NCBI GenBank assembly: GCA_951406725.2
Contig: OX597814.1
Location: forward strand, 111,972,001-112,036,000
From: Octopus vulgaris
Lineage: Eukaryota
Direction of reading: 5' to 3'
DNA length: 64,000 nucleotides
Shown here piece after piece: positions 1 to 13,948 of this stretch (positions are counted from its first letter, which is position 1; the number at the start of each line of letters is the position of its first letter). The translations under genes were made by a program, and so were the position numbers. The notes under the pieces are model-generated. The model made no database searches and was not told where the DNA came from. It was given only the letters and a program-made list of their open reading frames with translations.

Positions 1-245
1 CTACTGTTATTTAGCCCTAGGAAACACCGTTTCCTGTTGGACTTGACACATTTCCTGTGTCTTTATGTTTTCAAAGTGGAGACAAGGAAATGTGTCAAAT
101 CCAACAGGAAATGGTGTTTCCTAGGGCTAAATAACAGTAGCATTCTTCCCTTTTATGGGACTGTCACATTAAGTTGACAACATATCACTTTATTGTGCTG
201 ATACTGCATAAATTTCTCTCTGAGAGATTTAGAAATGTATTATTT
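1..245. mobile_element. Head-to-head inverted insertion of HHR-family element (family C), left arm cut by window start
   Basis: 1-62 is a near-perfect inverted repeat of 80-140. 80-245 is the reverse complement of ~17945-18095, the copy that carries a hammerhead at 18144-18186. Confidence 0.7.
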
Positions 246-1118
246 CTAGTGATTATGCATGTATAGTTTTACATGTGCATATATACAAAATTGGCAGGCA
301 GTCGAGCGATTGTCTCCCTTAAAATCTATGTATCTATTTATTTACATATTTATCCGTCCATGTATTTGTATGTGTTGTTATTTTTAATGCAAGAACACAC
401 AGGTAGGTCCAGCTGAATACTATTATACTTATAATTTGTTTCTATCTCTTTCGAATAAGATTACAAGTAATTTTCTTCTTATTTTTTTTTTTCAGTTTTA
501 TAGAGCTCATGTTCTTTGTAAGTATATACATAACAGTGGATACCCCTGTACATGCATATATATGTATGCAAATATGTAAGAGAGTTTACCATTGATCAGG
601 AGAATGTGGCAAGTTGATTAGAGATATTTCCGAGACAAAACAGCCATATATCTCCCTCCTAAATTCCTACTTTCTTTCACCTATTTTACACTTTCCTAAT
701 AGAAACACATTCTCCTCCTACAAACAACACGTAACAACTCAGTTTCCTCTGGTTGCCATTTTTCTTTCCGTGTTCCTTTTTTTATTTTATTTTCTCTTTA
801 TTTTTTCTTATTTGATGAAATATCATTTATTTTTGTACTTTTTTCTTTTGTTTTGCATTTTTTTTCCTCGTTACAAAGTTAGTTACTCATATGTTCTACT
901 TTCTCGTTACAAACTTAGACGGAAGAAAATTAGGGCTAAAAGTGAAGAAAAAAAGAAGAAAGAAAACCCAAAAACGAAAATAGAAAAAAAAGGGAAACGA
1001 AGAAAAAATTTCTAAAGGAGGAAGTTGAAAAAAGCATCTTGTCAGCCCCCTATTGTCCTGCTGGCAAGTAGCAGATTTAAGTTAGTATAGTTGTTTCACT
1101 TTAGTTGCAGGTTTATTG

Positions 1119-1216
<98 letters not shown>

Positions 1217-1574
1217 GGTTGTGGTGGTGTTGTTGTTATCATTATTATTGTTGTTGTTGTCCTTTAAACGTATAGAAGTAAAACCTTAAACTATTAAAAC
1301 TAAACAAAAAGAAAAACAAAAAACAAAAAAAACGATATAAAACTGAGCGCAGCAGAAAGTCCACAGCTTGTTCTCCTCTGACCGTTCCTTGTCTAGACAA
1401 AAAGCACATCGTTCGAAATAACTGACACCCGTTGACATAAGGCAATGAAGAATGGCAACTAAGAATGATTAATGGCAGAACAGCCAAAGAAAAAATGAAA
1501 AAAAAGAAGGGTAACTTAAATGACAAGAAGACATCTTTACCCACCTTCCTCTCTTTCTTCTCCTTCCCATCTTC

Positions 1575-1940
<366 letters not shown>

Positions 1941-2540
1941 CCATCGTTCGTTCGATCGATCTTTCGTTGGTTGGTTCGTTTGTTCGTTCCTACCTCCCTC
2001 CCTTCCTTCCTTCCTTCCTTATTCTATCCTCTCCTTCAATTTTAGCCAGAGATTTTACCTCTTTCCATCACACCCAAAAAGACAAAACAAAATAAAACAA
2101 ACATAACTAACTGAAAGGTAAATCACGATTATTAAAGTTCAGGTAAGTTACAAAAACAAGTGTGTGTATGTGTGTGTGTGCGTGTGTGTGTGTATTTGTG
2201 TCTCCGTGCGATTGCTGCGTGTGTGCGCGCGCGCGCGCGCGCGCGCGTGTGTGTATGTGTGTATGCGTGTGTGTCGTTTATTCTGCGCTGGGCATTGCTG
2301 TGGATGAATGAATGACAGGTTACAAAAGGTGGTTAGTTTTGATTGTTTGTGTTTAACCATTCTCTAACGTGCAATGTATTGTTCCGTCCATGCCTCCCAC
2401 CTTCGGGACGGTAAACGAAATGACATGAGGATGTTAACTTCTAACTCAACCTACCTCCATTTTTTTTTGGAAGTATCGTCCGTTGTGAGTGGGTGGTCTT
2501 CCACCACTATATCACAGTGTGGTACACGCGATTCAGAGAA

Positions 2541-2579
<39 letters not shown>

Positions 2580-3573
2580 GAGAGAGAAAGAGAGGGGAGG
2601 AAGGGGGCATGAGAGAGTGTGAGATTGAGGGAATTAAAGAAAGAGATAGAGAGAGAAAGTGAGAAGCCAATCAAAGCACGACAGAAAAAAACCTAGAATG
2701 TAAGAAAAATTAGAAAGGTGTGTGTGTGTGTGTGTGTGTTAAAACATACGATTGTACACAAATATACTTTATTCTACACTATTAAGTGCGACATTATTTA
2801 GTTTTAGCTTGACCAAGCTTTACGCACACCAACATAAGTTCCGTATGCTGTTTAATAGGAAAAATTTAATTCTTGCTGGTCAGTGAGTGATAAGTTTGGT
2901 TTTCAACGCCGACGAAGTGAAACGATATAAACGGATGCGTCCAACAGTCAAGTGACGTCATTCACTGCCTATTTTGTGTCTTCACGGATATTTAAGAGGA
3001 GAATTATCTCTCAAGACTTGCTCCGCAGCGAAAATGTTCTAATACTCAAGTAAACTCGAACGTATTTATGTATGTGTGTTTATATGTGTTTTATTGTGTA
3101 TTTATATGTATGTGCACGTGTAAAGAGACAAAAGATAGAAAAGCAATTTCATACTCTCTTAAGTAAAGATAATTGGTGAAGAAAAACTAGAATCCTTGAT
3201 ATATCCTTACAGCTGTTTCGAAAATCTTGTGGCCGGATTGTGCAAGCAGGTGTATCACGTAACAGGTGTTTAAAACTTATTTAACACCAGCAGCCTATTA
3301 ATAGGAGAATCCAGTCCACACATTATCAATATATAATATAATATATGTATACTATCTAATTCGAAGACTACAGATCCAATCCATCACTGGAACCATAACA
3401 ATCTGTAAAACTTTCCAGATGTTTATTATTGAAATATATATGAACATGTCTAGATATGTAATTATATGCATGGGAATACATACATAAAACATACAAATTT
3501 TCACATACTTAAATACATACATACATACATACATACATACATACATACATACATACATACATACATACATACA

Positions 3574-3604
<31 letters not shown>

Positions 3605-4394
3605 TCATTTATTCGGAGTTTTAAGCTTCATTGCATCGCTGTAACAGTTTTCTCGCTTCGTAGACGTCTACCAAAGTGACTGTTACCGAATTTGAAAATT
3701 TTGGTATGGAAAAAGAATAAATAAATGAGTAAAGGAAATAAAGATAGATTTATTTACCTTAATGCAATTTTTGTTTCGGTGGTGACATGTAGGTGTTTGG
3801 TCAAAATAAAGGATAAATAAGGTGTGTTATGCTATAATTACCTGGTTACGGCCAATCTGATCTGGCAGTACCCTCTTACAGACATAGGTTATATTTCGTT
3901 TATAGCTAGAAGATCTCTAAAATGATGTTTAATTTCATAGCTACATTACATCACTTCTTTTTCATTAATTTTGCCTACGTAAGTGATACTTATTTATTAT
4001 GAAGTATGCCAGGCTTCTGGTTAACAAGAAAATGTTGTATTTCTCTACTAGGCATAAAGGGCATCATTTAGATTTGAATTCACAGAGCTGTACTTCCATC
4101 TATATATTAGGATATTTATTGACTTATTACGAAATCTGTGTTTCCTTGAAGCTTTCCATATAAATGAAATCTCTGCTGTCTCTGTTCCGGAAACAATAAA
4201 TATATATTACGTACTTGCTTTTAAACGTTCTTTTATTTTGAAAACGATTTTGGATAGTGTCTAATTTTGCACTCTAATACTTTTTTGACACGATTACCAG
4301 TAAGTGATAAGATATGGTGATGGTGTAACCTGTGGTGATATAGAAGCAGAGATTGGTATAGTAGTAGCTGAAAAGGATATGTATGTATGTATGT

Positions 4395-4502
4395 ATATCA
4401 CGTTGAAAGAACCGGTTCTCGTCCGATCACCGAAGTTAAGCAACGTCGAACTTAATTAGTACTTAGATGGGTGAACGTTTGGGAAACCTAGGTGCTGTAA
4501 GT
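4395..4502 (+). pseudogene. 5S rRNA pseudogene, 5'-truncated
   Basis: ATCACGTTGAAAGAACCGGTTCTCGTCCGATCACCGAAGTTAAGCAACGTCG...TAGTACTTAGATGGGTGA...GGGAAA...GGTGCTGTA matches metazoan 5S (box A AGTTAAGC, box C GATGGGTGA). The first ~10 nt are replaced by (GTAT)n and there are several substitutions. Confidence 0.9.
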
Positions 4503-4518
4503 GTCACACACTTTTATA

Positions 4519-4890
4519 GGCGTGGGTTAATTCCCACTGCGTGGCACCTTGGGCAAGTGTCTTCTATTATAGCCTCGGGCCGACCAAAGCCTTGTGAGTG
4601 GATTTGGTAGACGGAAACTGAAAGAAGCCCGTCGTATATATGTATATATATGCATGTGTGTGTATATGTTTGTGTATCTGTGTTTGTCCCATCCACCATC
4701 ACTTGACAAACGATGGTGGTGTGTTTACGTCCCCGTAACTTAACGGTTCGGCAAAAGAGAGCGATAGAATAAGTACTAGGCTTCCAAACAATAAGTCCTG
4801 GGGTCAATTTGCTCGACTAAAGGCGGTGCTCCAGCATGACCGCAGTCAAATGACTGAAACAGGTAAAAGAGTAAAAGAGTAAAAAAGAGT
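4519..4890 (+). mobile_element. tRNA-derived SINE family 1 (octopus-type), head partly deleted
   Basis: Shared body TGGGCAAGTGTCTTCTA(C/T)TATAGCCTCGGGCCGACCAAAGCC, internal TA/TG tract and tail TGACTGAAACAGGTAAAAGAGTAAAAGAG. More than 10 copies or fragments occur in the window. Confidence 0.85.
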
Positions 4891-6199
4891 ATATATATAT
4901 ATATATATATATTACATTTTCAAGACGTGAGTTGACAGTAACAACTTCTTCGTGAGATGAAGGTTAACTAGCAAGCCGAAATCTCAAAGTTATTTATGTA
5001 ATTCGGTGATGTACTTGTCTGGTAAGTATGTTCATCTGAGATCGTGTGTTCAAACTGAAACAATAACAGCGTCAAAGACATGCATTACGCCATTCCAAAA
5101 CACACAAAAAACCCCTCTTAACTTCATTTGAATATTCATAGATTAAAGTATCAATGTTATGCATGGTACATACTGCAGCCTCGATACTCAAGGATATCGG
5201 ATTCTTAAGGGAAGATAACAATGTTCTTAAGATGAAAGCATTTGTAGGGGACCCGGTTTCAGCTTTGCATCTAGCCTCAGACTAGGAGATGCGAGTGGAC
5301 CTGAAGGGCAGACCCATTTTTTCGGTCAGACATGTACCTACTCTCCAGGACTCAGGGAACTTACAGAAAACCAAATATTAGGACTTGATCAACAAGGTAT
5401 TTGCCACACGATGGCACGTGACATCATTCAGCCAGATTGGTGTACTAATTCCTGCAGAAGATTTGTCTGGAAACCTGTCAGCTGAATAAAGCCATCAGGT
5501 GATGGGCATAGCGGCTGAAACCAACTCTTTTAAATGTGTGGACTGGATTCTCCTATTAATAGGCTGCTGGTGTTAAATAAGTTTTAAACTCCTGTTACGT
5601 GATACACCTGCTTGCACAATCCAGCCACAAGATTTTCGAAACAGCTGTAAGGATATATCAAGGACTCTAGTTTTTCTTCACCAATTATCTTTATTTAAAA
5701 GAGTATGGTTTACAAGAGATCACAAGAGATCCGCAGAAGAAAACTAATTCAGTCCTCGCTGCATCACTCATGCGAAGCGTACAGCCAAAAAGCGAAACAG
5801 CTGTGAGCCTGCGATATCTGCCGAAGATACGGCTGTTCTTTTGACCCCGATGAAATCAAAAGAACAGCTTGCACCACCTCTGAGTAGCTCCTGCAGTTTC
5901 TGCGGAGTGGGGAAGCAAAGCATCTCTGATGTTTATTTCATACATACATACATACATACATACATACATACATACATACATACATACATACATACATACA
6001 TGCAGCTTGCACATTACAAATAAAATCTGTAAGTGGAACAGTAAAAATATACAAGACTTCTCTCAAGTTTAAAATGTGATACTGTTATCGCCATCTACAT
6101 GCCAACGATAAAGTTTTGAATTTTTTTCAGAAGAAGAATTTAATTAATTAAAAACATAAGAGAAACATACATGTACACAAACGTGCGCGTGCATACACA

Positions 6200-6268
<69 letters not shown>

Positions 6269-6563
6269 TTGATACCTCTATCGATATTATACATATATAA
6301 TTTATATGTGTGTGTGTGTGCATATATTTATATATATAAAATACAAAATGGGACAAGAGCACAAAATATCCGGACAGTTAGGTGATAAAAAATGGGACAA
6401 CAAAACATCCAGATACACGATACTAAGAAAACAAGGACAGGACATTCGGAGTTTTCTTTCCTCAGTCGAGTTCGAGATTATTTTCGCAATTTCGGCTGAT
6501 TATACTTGAGATTGCTCCAATCTGGCCAGCCTCAAGGAAAAACTAAGATATATATATATATAC

Positions 6564-6632
<69 letters not shown>

Positions 6633-6758
6633 TGTATATGTGTGTGTGTGTGTGTGTGTTTGCATATATATTTATATAAACACACTTGGAAATGGATGCG
6701 TGGCGTTCAATCAAATAATAATATAAATAATATATATATATGCATATAAATATGTCTA

Positions 6759-6789
<31 letters not shown>

Positions 6790-6790
6790 A

Positions 6791-6857
<67 letters not shown>

Positions 6858-6868
6858 GTATATGTGTG

Positions 6869-6902
<34 letters not shown>

Positions 6903-6903
<1 letters not shown>

Positions 6904-7026
6904 CGGGATCACGTGATCAAGTGACCGACAAGACCATCAGATGTTGCTACACATCGCTGGTCACAATGCGTTCGCATTGTTTTAGCCTTCGAATGACGAC
7001 GACACCCCGCTAGCTAAGCGAGCAGG

Positions 7027-7030
<4 letters not shown>
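6903..7030 (-). mobile_element. 3' fragment of SINE family 4 within (TA)n
   Basis: Reverse complement of ~35330-35412. Confidence 0.7.
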
Positions 7031-7112
<82 letters not shown>

Positions 7113-7114
<2 letters not shown>

Positions 7115-7750
7115 TATGCATATATGGGTACAAGACGTCACCAAATGTAAGCAACATGAAGTACGAAAACAAGCAACTTAAATACGCAAACAACGGGAGA
7201 GGAAAATTGAAAACAGGACAAGTAATACAAAGGCTGTCTATCTATTTCTCATTTCGAGCATTTAACGACAATATGAGTCTTCGAAGGCAATTGCTCCCAT
7301 AACTTCCTAAGATAGAAGCGAGGGATAGAAGACGTCCAGTCCTTAGAACATTGCATCCCTCCCTTCTATCTTTTTCTCTTTTCAAAGAAAATATTTTCCC
7401 AGCGTTCACTATTTCACCCCTCGTTCTGATTTAACGAGCCTCAATGTTTGTTTTTGTTCGGTTTCCTTGTATGTCCCCACTGTCCGGTTATGTTCCCAAC
7501 TTTGATCCTCCATAAAATCCAATATATATTTTGGAAGTTATGGGAGCAACTGTCTTCGAAGACTCATATTGTCGTTGAATGCTCAAAATGAGAAGTAGAT
7601 ACACAACCGACAACTGATGAAGGGTCGTTCTTTGTGTTACTTGTCCTGTTTTCAATTTTTCTCTCTTGTTGTTTGCGTATTCAACTCATTTGTTTTCGTA
7701 CTTCATGTTGTTTACAGTTGGTGACGTCTTGTACCCATATATGCACATAT
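7113..7750. mobile_element. Diverged foldback (head-to-head) element embedded in (TA)n/(GATA)n
   Basis: 7113-7307 is an inverted repeat of 7533-7750 with indels. Right arm contains CTGATGA at ~7614. Termini resemble those at 11340. Confidence 0.75.
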
Positions 7751-7759
7751 ATATATATG

Positions 7760-7845
<86 letters not shown>

Positions 7846-7956
7846 CTTTATTTTCTTCTTAATCATCCACTCTAATATACATTTGTGTACTCATGTACAC
7901 ACTCACCCACGTGTATGTATATTGTGTGCGTATATATATATATATATATATATAAA

Positions 7957-8089
7957 GGGAGATGTACTTGCATAGCAAGGGATTTGATCTGAGATCGTGT
8001 GCTGAAACGAAAACAATTGCAGCGTGGAAGGTGTTTGTAAGCCATTTAAAAAACACACAAAAGCCGTTCGATTCACTTCAACATTTAAG

Positions 8090-8090
<1 letters not shown>
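7957..8090 (+). repeat. Unclassified ~130-bp interspersed repeat (also ~5007-5135 and ~10687-10812)
   Basis: GATGTACTTG...ATCTGAGATCGTGTG...AAACACACAAAA is shared by three loci. Confidence 0.7.
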
Positions 8091-8125
<35 letters not shown>

Positions 8126-8249
8126 GAGAACTGGAGTCGATTCGTACGACTAAAATTCCTCAAGGCAGCATGGTTGCAGTCTAATGACTGAAGCAAGTAA
8201 AAGATAAAAGATATATACATACATGCATACATTCATACATATACACATA

Positions 8250-8317
<68 letters not shown>

Positions 8318-9754
8318 ACACACACATGCACACATTCTTATAGTGACACACACACACGCACACAAATCAACTCCCTTTCTCTGTTCACTTCATATCGAAT
8401 GACCTTGCAATATGCCACGAGATTGAATCACTCATAATTAAGTGGAGCAGTTGCAGCAATAAATAGAGAGGGAGGGAGAGAAGGGGGAGTGTTGCGTGAG
8501 TGAGAGATAGCCGTATGTGTGCGAGGATATGTGTGTGTGTGTGTATGTGTGTGCGTTTCTTCAGATCAGACAATCTGACAACAATGATGCACTGTTAATG
8601 TACGCCATTAACGTTGCTAATGTGAATCTGATAGAAAACTCAGATTAAAAGAAAACCAATGCTAATTATGACTGTCACTTTCAGTGTTGGCACACACACA
8701 CACACAACCTCTCTCTCGCCCCCCTCTCTCTCTCTTGACTTAGAGGACCTTCATTTATTTACTTATTTATTTATCTTTTTATTTGTTTGTTTCCTTGAAG
8801 TTCAGTGGAGAGTTACAATAGCGATATAAGACCGCTAAATTTTATCCGGTTTCCGGTTTCAGTACTCTCCTTTAAGCCGACGACTATACTGAAGTCAGTC
8901 GTTTTCCTCTGAAACCCTATAGCCGGATTAGGTCGGGGTTAGGGGTAAATGTTTTAGAGCAATATTTACTATTATTGAACTCCTCCGTAGACTGGAAACG
9001 AAGAAGTTCGCTGTCTTTGTCTCTCCATCTCTCTCTGGATAAGGGGCAGTTTATCGGAAATGGATCCGGGCAAAGAATTGGCCCTTTATTTTCTACTTAA
9101 TCATTCACTCAAATATATATTCGTGCACACATGTACACACTCACATACGTGTAAGCATGATTATTGTGTGTGTATATATATATATAATTATATATACATA
9201 CATGCACACACAACCGCACACTCACACACACACATTCAAACATACACACATATATATGATATATATCTGTCGCACACACGCTACCACACACACACACACG
9301 CATACTGACCATTTTCACATTCTCCTGTTCCAGAAACCACTTTCTCTTCATTCTTTCTATTTCTGGTCACTTCAAAAGTGCAACCGCACGTGACTGTTGA
9401 CGATTCTTCCCCCCACTTTTTTTTGTCTAGGTCTTTCCTGTTTTTTTTTCTGTTTCTGAAGGAGATCTATGTTCGAAACTACTACTCTTTTTCCTTCTAT
9501 GAGCGTCTTATTAAATACATTGCTTGTGCTACATCCACACGTTCGTTTTTTTTCCTTTTTCCTTTTTCTCTGTTCTTTTTTCAGTTGGCTATTTAGTGCA
9601 CACTCACACGGACCACCTCCCGCGTACTTCCGACTGTTTTGGAGTACCTAATTCATAGATATCTCTCTACCATTGAATTACATCATCTTATTCATTCGAT
9701 GTACACCATTTCTGTACCTTTGATTGTGAATCAATATATATATATATATATATG

Positions 9755-9866
<112 letters not shown>

Positions 9867-10085
9867 CACATACACACAACTATATATATTTAAGATATAT
9901 ATAAACACACACACACACGCACATACACACACATACACACAAAAGCACACTCATGCACGCACACACAAACACATATACAACAGGCTTCTTTAGATTCCGT
10001 CTTACTAAATCCACTCCCATGGTTTTGGTCGACTCGCAGGTATAGTAGAAGACATCTGACCAAGCTACCACGCACTTGAAACCAT

Positions 10086-10162
<77 letters not shown>

Positions 10163-10284
10163 GGTCTCGTATTATTTGATTCTCCCTTTGATGAATTTGC
10201 AGCAGGAAATTACACACTTGTAATTCTTATTAGCAAATGAAACATGTGTAATGGCGATTAAATATAAATGTAATATAAATATCT

Positions 10285-10622
10285 GAGACCCTTTTCGGTC
10301 ACGACACAGACCATGGGATTGCACCGAGAAAGTTACCCTCACAGGCACAAGTCCAGGCAAGGCTGTTTATGGAAGACCAGCAGTCGCCCATGCAAATCGG
10401 CCTCCCCTCTCCACGCCACCAGTGTTATCCAAGGGAAAGGCAAGGGCTGATACAGCTTGGCACCTGTGACGTCGCAACTTATTTCTACAGCTGAGTGAAC
10501 TGGAGCAACGTGAAATAAAGTGTTTTGCTCAAGAACACAACACGCAACCCGGTCCGGGATTCGAGCTCACAGCCTCACGATCGTAAGCTTGACGCTCTAA
10601 CCACTGAACCATGCGCCTTCAC
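10285..10622 (-). mobile_element. tRNA-derived CORE-like SINE (family 3)
   Basis: Minus strand GGCGCATGGTTCAGTGGTTAGAGCG (A box), CTCGAATCCC (B box), then GTTGTGTTCTTGAGCAAAACAC core shared with the copy at 12566. Confidence 0.8.
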
Positions 10623-10970
10623 AATATACATATAATGGCGACTAAATAAGAGTTGCCAACATTTATGAATATAGACAAATAATTACGGAGATGTACTTGA
10701 ATAGTAACTGACCTGATCTGAGATCGTGTGCTGGAACGAAAACAGTTGCAGCGTGGAAGCTGTTTATAAGTCATATAAAACACACAAAAACCGTTAGATT
10801 TACTTTCACAATTTTCTCTATATTTACAAGCGTTTGCAACTCCTGTTGAAGAAAGATAATAGCAATTGAAAATTGTAGCAGTGATTCATTCCCTAACCAG
10901 ACGGGCATATAAGAACACGATAGCCATAACTCAGGTCCTTTAGCGAGACAACTTTAGGTATATGTATGGA

Positions 10971-11076
10971 TGTAGCTGATGAGATCCTGGCTGCATAATG
11001 GATGCAACACAACATGTTGAACGAAGTCCCACTAATAAGGGACAGTAGCAGGGTGGGCCGAAACGACCGTTGCACA
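10971..11076 (+). ncRNA. Degenerate type I hammerhead with long stem II
   Basis: CTGATGA (10976-10982) ... CGAAAC-GACC-GTT (11059-11071). Stem I is imperfect (TGTAG/GCACA). Confidence 0.45.
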
Positions 11077-11222
11077 AAATAAAGATTAATACCAAATCCA
11101 TTTTCTCGTTACTTAAGAAATTATTATCATGTCAACTAACGTTGCGAAGTTCCTGAAGAAGATCTAACGGAAATATACCCCGACTGCAGATGACACCAGG
11201 CAATCCAAACCATGCCATATAT

Positions 11223-11262
<40 letters not shown>

Positions 11263-11269
<7 letters not shown>

Positions 11270-12271
11270 AATAAAATATATGCATATATATAAACATATA
11301 TGTACGTACCTACCTCTACATGTACATATACACGCATATATGTGTACAGGACACCAAAAAGACGTCGAACACATAGAGAGACGAAAAACATAGACACAAA
11401 CCAAGGAACAAGACAGGCAAAAAAAAAAGGAGATACAGGACAATAAGCACAACGAAAAATCCCCTTCTTCAGTCGCTAAAGTTTCATCTACTAAACGTTT
11501 CGAAGGATAAAAGCGAGACGTATACTTCGAATGAAAAATTCCTTCCTGCGAAAAGCAAATCAATTAAAATTCTGAGATCTTTTCGCAGAGGGGTAAAAAA
11601 AGCAAGACGGTAACGACAGTACAAACATATAAACAGTAAAAAATATATATATAAACAGTGGAAAAATAAATATATAACAGTGAGAGACAGGACAAGGAGA
11701 ACAAGATAAGAAGGGCTGTTAACGCCAGACGAAAAAAGTATTGCAAACGCTGGATTATAGTGGACGACGAGAGAGGAAGATGTCGACCAGTGGCCTTAGA
11801 AGGCGGGCGAGAAAGGACAGGATAGCAGTTACGACGGAAGTATCGTCGCAGATGGACGACGGGAATGGGGGAGGAGGAGCAAGAGGAAGAGAGAGAAGAA
11901 GGGGAATGGTGCGAGGAGACCATGAAGAACAGTGAGGGGGAGAGAGAGAGGAAGAGACAAGTTAAGTGAGGGAAAAAAGAAGAAAAAGGGAATGGGAGAG
12001 AAAGAAAGAAAGATGCAGAGTCGCGTGAGAGTTAATATCAAGGCGAACTTGATAAACAGAACAATCTTACATAATAGGGTGCGTGCGTTTAGTCGTATAA
12101 TATGTTAATAAAATATATGCATATATATAAACATATATGTACGTACCTACCTCTACATGTACATATACACGCATATATGTGTACAGGACACCAAAAAGAC
12201 GTCGAACACATAGAGAGACGAAAAACATAGACACAAACCAAGGAACAAGACAGGCAAAAAAAAAAGGAGAT
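11263..12271. mobile_element. 837-bp unit with ~170-bp identical terminal redundancy, flanked by (TA)n
   Basis: 11263-11434 is identical to 12100-12271 (period 837). Minus-strand HHR-like half-motifs (CGAAACGTT, CTGAAGA) lie at ~11460-11510. Confidence 0.75.
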
Positions 12272-12401
<130 letters not shown>

Positions 12402-12434
12402 CTGTATCTGTATCTGTATCTGTATCTGTATATG

Positions 12435-12551
<117 letters not shown>

Positions 12552-12565
12552 TATGTATGCAACAG

Positions 12566-12822
12566 TGGAGGCACGTGGCTTAGTGATTAGGGTGTCAGCA
12601 TCATGATCGTAAGATTGTGGTTTCGATTCCTGGACCGGGCGACGCGTTGTGTTCTTGAGCAAAACACTTCCTTTCACGTTACTCCAGTCCACTGAGCTGG
12701 CAAAAATGAGTAACGCTTCAATGGACTGGCCTCCCATCCAGCTGGGGAACACATACTCCACGGAAACCGGGAAACCGGGCCCATGAGTCTGGCAAAGCTT
12801 TAAAAAGGGCGCATTTATTATT
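12566..12822 (+). mobile_element. tRNA-derived CORE-like SINE
   Basis: TGGCTTAGTGATTAG (A box), TTCGATTCC (B box) and GTTGTGTTCTTGAGCAAAACAC core. Confidence 0.8.
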
Positions 12823-12841
12823 CTTTTATATACATATATAT

Positions 12842-12917
<76 letters not shown>

Positions 12918-13289
12918 TATGTATGCATGCATGCATGTATGTATGTATGTATGTATGTATGTATGTATGTATGTATGTATGCATGTATGTATGTATGTGT
13001 GTATGCATGTATGTATGTATGTATGTATGTATGTATGTATGTATGTATATAACGTCGATGTGTTTCGACCAAGGATTGGCCCAGGCCACGTTTAACTTAG
13101 AGCAGTGAACTGGTAGAATCTCTTGCACGGCGGACAAACACAAATGCTGATGAGAATGATGATGAAGTGAGTGATAATAATAATAATAATAATAATAATA
13201 ATATAAATAAGTCTTTTTTATTAGCCACACGGGCAAGGGAGTTTAGATCATTGTAGAGAAGACAAAAAAAGAAAGCAAGAAAAATAGCA

Positions 13290-13444
13290 TAGAGAAGAAG
13301 AAAAAGAAGAAGAAGAAGAAGAAGAAGAAGAAGAAGAAGAAGAAGAAGAAGAAGAAGAAGAAGAAGAAGAAGAAGAAGAAGAAGAAGAAGAAGAAGAAGA
13401 AGAAGAAGAAGAAGAAGAAGAAGAAGAAGAAGAAGAAGAAGAAG
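13290..13444. repeat. (GAA)n microsatellite
   Basis: Direct reading. Confidence 0.95.
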
Positions 13445-13948
13445 CAATCACGTCAAAGCCGTCAATGTGTCGCGCTTTGGTAGCAAGTGTTTCATCTGCC
13501 TGATGTATATAAACACAAGAAAGAATGAAGTTTGTTTCCATGGTCAACAATGGAACTGTCTCCACTAACGAAGACACCAAATAACTGTTGACTTAATAAC
13601 ATCAAGGTGAGAGAAAATGTTCCTGAATCTCTTCACTTTCACCTTCATAGAAACACTACGACCACTTTCACCAGAGTAAACACTCGCTTTCAATTAAGTT
13701 TTGTTAACTCAGCCGTCTCTTCAACCGGTTTCTAATTCAGGACTTAACACCTACCGGATTACTTTCCTTGTTTTTCTCCGGAAAACTTTGGAATTTTGTA
13801 CCGTTAAAAAAAATAATTAACAGAGACATAAGGTTTATTAATACCAAAATGTAATCTTGATCCCCAACTTAACATAAAGATTATGTTAGAGCACAATACT
13901 GCGTTATTTGCCCTGAAAATATCTCACATAAGGACTCATGGTACATGA

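Larger units (their letters stand above)
3150..5706. repeat. ~175-bp inverted repeat pair (3150-3325 / 5534-5706), probable Penelope-type/retrozyme-like arms
   Basis: Arms are near-identical reverse complements with only a few substitutions. Each contains CGAAACAGCTGTA (HHR 3' half with palindromic stem III), oriented outward. Confidence 0.75.

Noticed and set aside
11263-12271. LTR retrotransposon or TRIM
   Set aside because: No TG...CA ends, primer-binding site or TSD are recognisable.
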